DNA of 32,000 nucleotides from Geotalea daltonii FRC-32 (GTDB lineage Bacteria; Desulfobacterota; Desulfuromonadia; Geobacterales; Geobacteraceae): NCBI RefSeq assembly GCF_000022265.1, contig NC_011979.1, positions 3,660,001 to 3,692,000 of the forward strand, read 5' to 3'. Shown piece by piece: positions 31,627 to 32,000 of this stretch (position 1 is its first letter; each line of letters starts with the position of its first letter). The notes under the pieces were generated by a model. It saw only the letters and a program-made list of their open reading frames with translations, ran no database searches and was not told where the DNA came from. The position numbers and the translations under genes were made by a program.

Positions 31627-31653
31627 GGCGGTCAGGAAAACTTCCCGACCGCC
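31627..31653. terminator. Bidirectional terminator hairpin between convergent genes
   Basis: GGCGGTCAGG-AAAACTT-CCCGACCGCC (10-bp stem, one mismatch). It is flanked by an A-run (31619-31625) on one side and by AGATTATCTTTT on the other. Confidence 0.65.
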
Positions 31654-31677
31654 AGATTATCTTTTAGCTGATTACGC

Positions 31678-32000
31678 TTATCCCATAATCTGTTTATCCC
31701 GGACAGCCCGCTGCTCTTCCTTCCATTTTTCATAGGCGATCTTCATCCCTTTGCGCACCGGCAGCTGATTCATCAGCGACAGGATATGGGCAAACGGAAA
31801 GCCAGACAGCGGCACATGACGCATATGGCTAAAGATCCTCCAGTTACTGAGAATTTCCAGAGATGTTTCGTAAAATGCCTCTTCTCGTGCTGCCGGTGTC
31901 ATTCGCGGATCGGGGTGATCAAAAAGTGCATATGCCCCGGTGTAATACTCCCAGCCAAGATCCTTATAGATGTATGGTTCATACTGACGACGCAACTCGG
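31678..32000 (-). CDS. 3' end of a gene running off the window; the C-terminal tail resembles that of B12-binding radical SAM enzymes
   Basis: The frame is open to base 32000, so the track's TTG 'start' at 31995 is an artefact of the edge. ..DLGWEYYTGAYALFDHPDPRMTPAAREEAFYETSLEI.. parallels the ..DYRKYNLVEPVLKPINMSVDELEKEL.. tail of the 27496..29004 enzyme. Confidence 0.45.
   Translation of the reverse strand, partial: ELRRQYEPYIYKDLGWEYYTGAYALFDHPDPRMTPAAREEAFYETSLEILSNWRIFSHMRHVPLSGFPFAHILSLMNQLPVRKGMKIAYEKWKEEQRAVRDKQIMG

Noticed and set aside
1-32000. CRISPR arrays, IS elements, transposases, integrases, prophage genes, rRNA
   Set aside because: None were seen. The only regular tandem repeats are in-frame protein repeats inside the giant RTX gene.

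Overview
This 32-kb window looks like a Desulfuromonadales/Geobacter-type deltaproteobacterial chromosome. That placement is an inference from the surE-pcm-rpoS-apt synteny, several sigma-54-type promoters and the gene content.

Left half (1-18771, + strand): one long, largely translationally coupled type I secretion (T1SS) operon. It encodes:
- a HlyB-type ABC exporter, cut by the window edge;
- two paralogous 2-TM membrane proteins flanking a 58-codon ORF missing from the supplied track;
- a 3904-aa RTX protein with an N-terminal class-3 lipase domain, long Ca-binding repeat arrays and cadherin-like repeats;
- a small radical SAM enzyme with a half-SPASM/Twitch Cys motif;
- a GT1 glycosyltransferase;
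- a HlyD-type membrane fusion protein.

The two enzymes overlap each other and hlyD by ATGA. A cryptic 27-codon ORF with a strong SD ends on the TTG start of the radical SAM gene.

Middle: tRNA-Arg(CCU) bracketed by a 19-nt direct repeat, then a DctP-type binding protein co-transcribed with a DMT/EamA permease, then apt, rpoS, pcm and surE.

Right part (24904-32000):
- an ecfT/ecfA (cbiQ/cbiO) pair with no visible S/CbiMN component, coupled to a secreted CarboxypepD_reg-like protein;
- a B12-binding radical SAM gene followed by an unannotated 19-codon ORF (MKKTYVAPKVVGSAIVHPC) with an excellent SD and a rho-independent terminator;
- a 3-TM protein;
- a divergent regulatory region with three TTTCC-N-GGAAA palindromes and two sigma-54-like promoters;
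- a LuxE-like adenylating enzyme;
- the 3' end of another radical-SAM-like gene.

No CRISPR array, transposase or integrase was seen.

Best candidates for something new:
1. the radical SAM + glycosyltransferase maturation pair embedded in the T1SS operon, with its cryptic peptide;
2. the AT-rich trio of small genes in front of the lipase-RTX cargo, possibly immunity or retention factors;
3. the B12-radical SAM plus 19-aa peptide unit, which is RiPP-like.

All functional calls come from reading motifs by eye. No database search was run.
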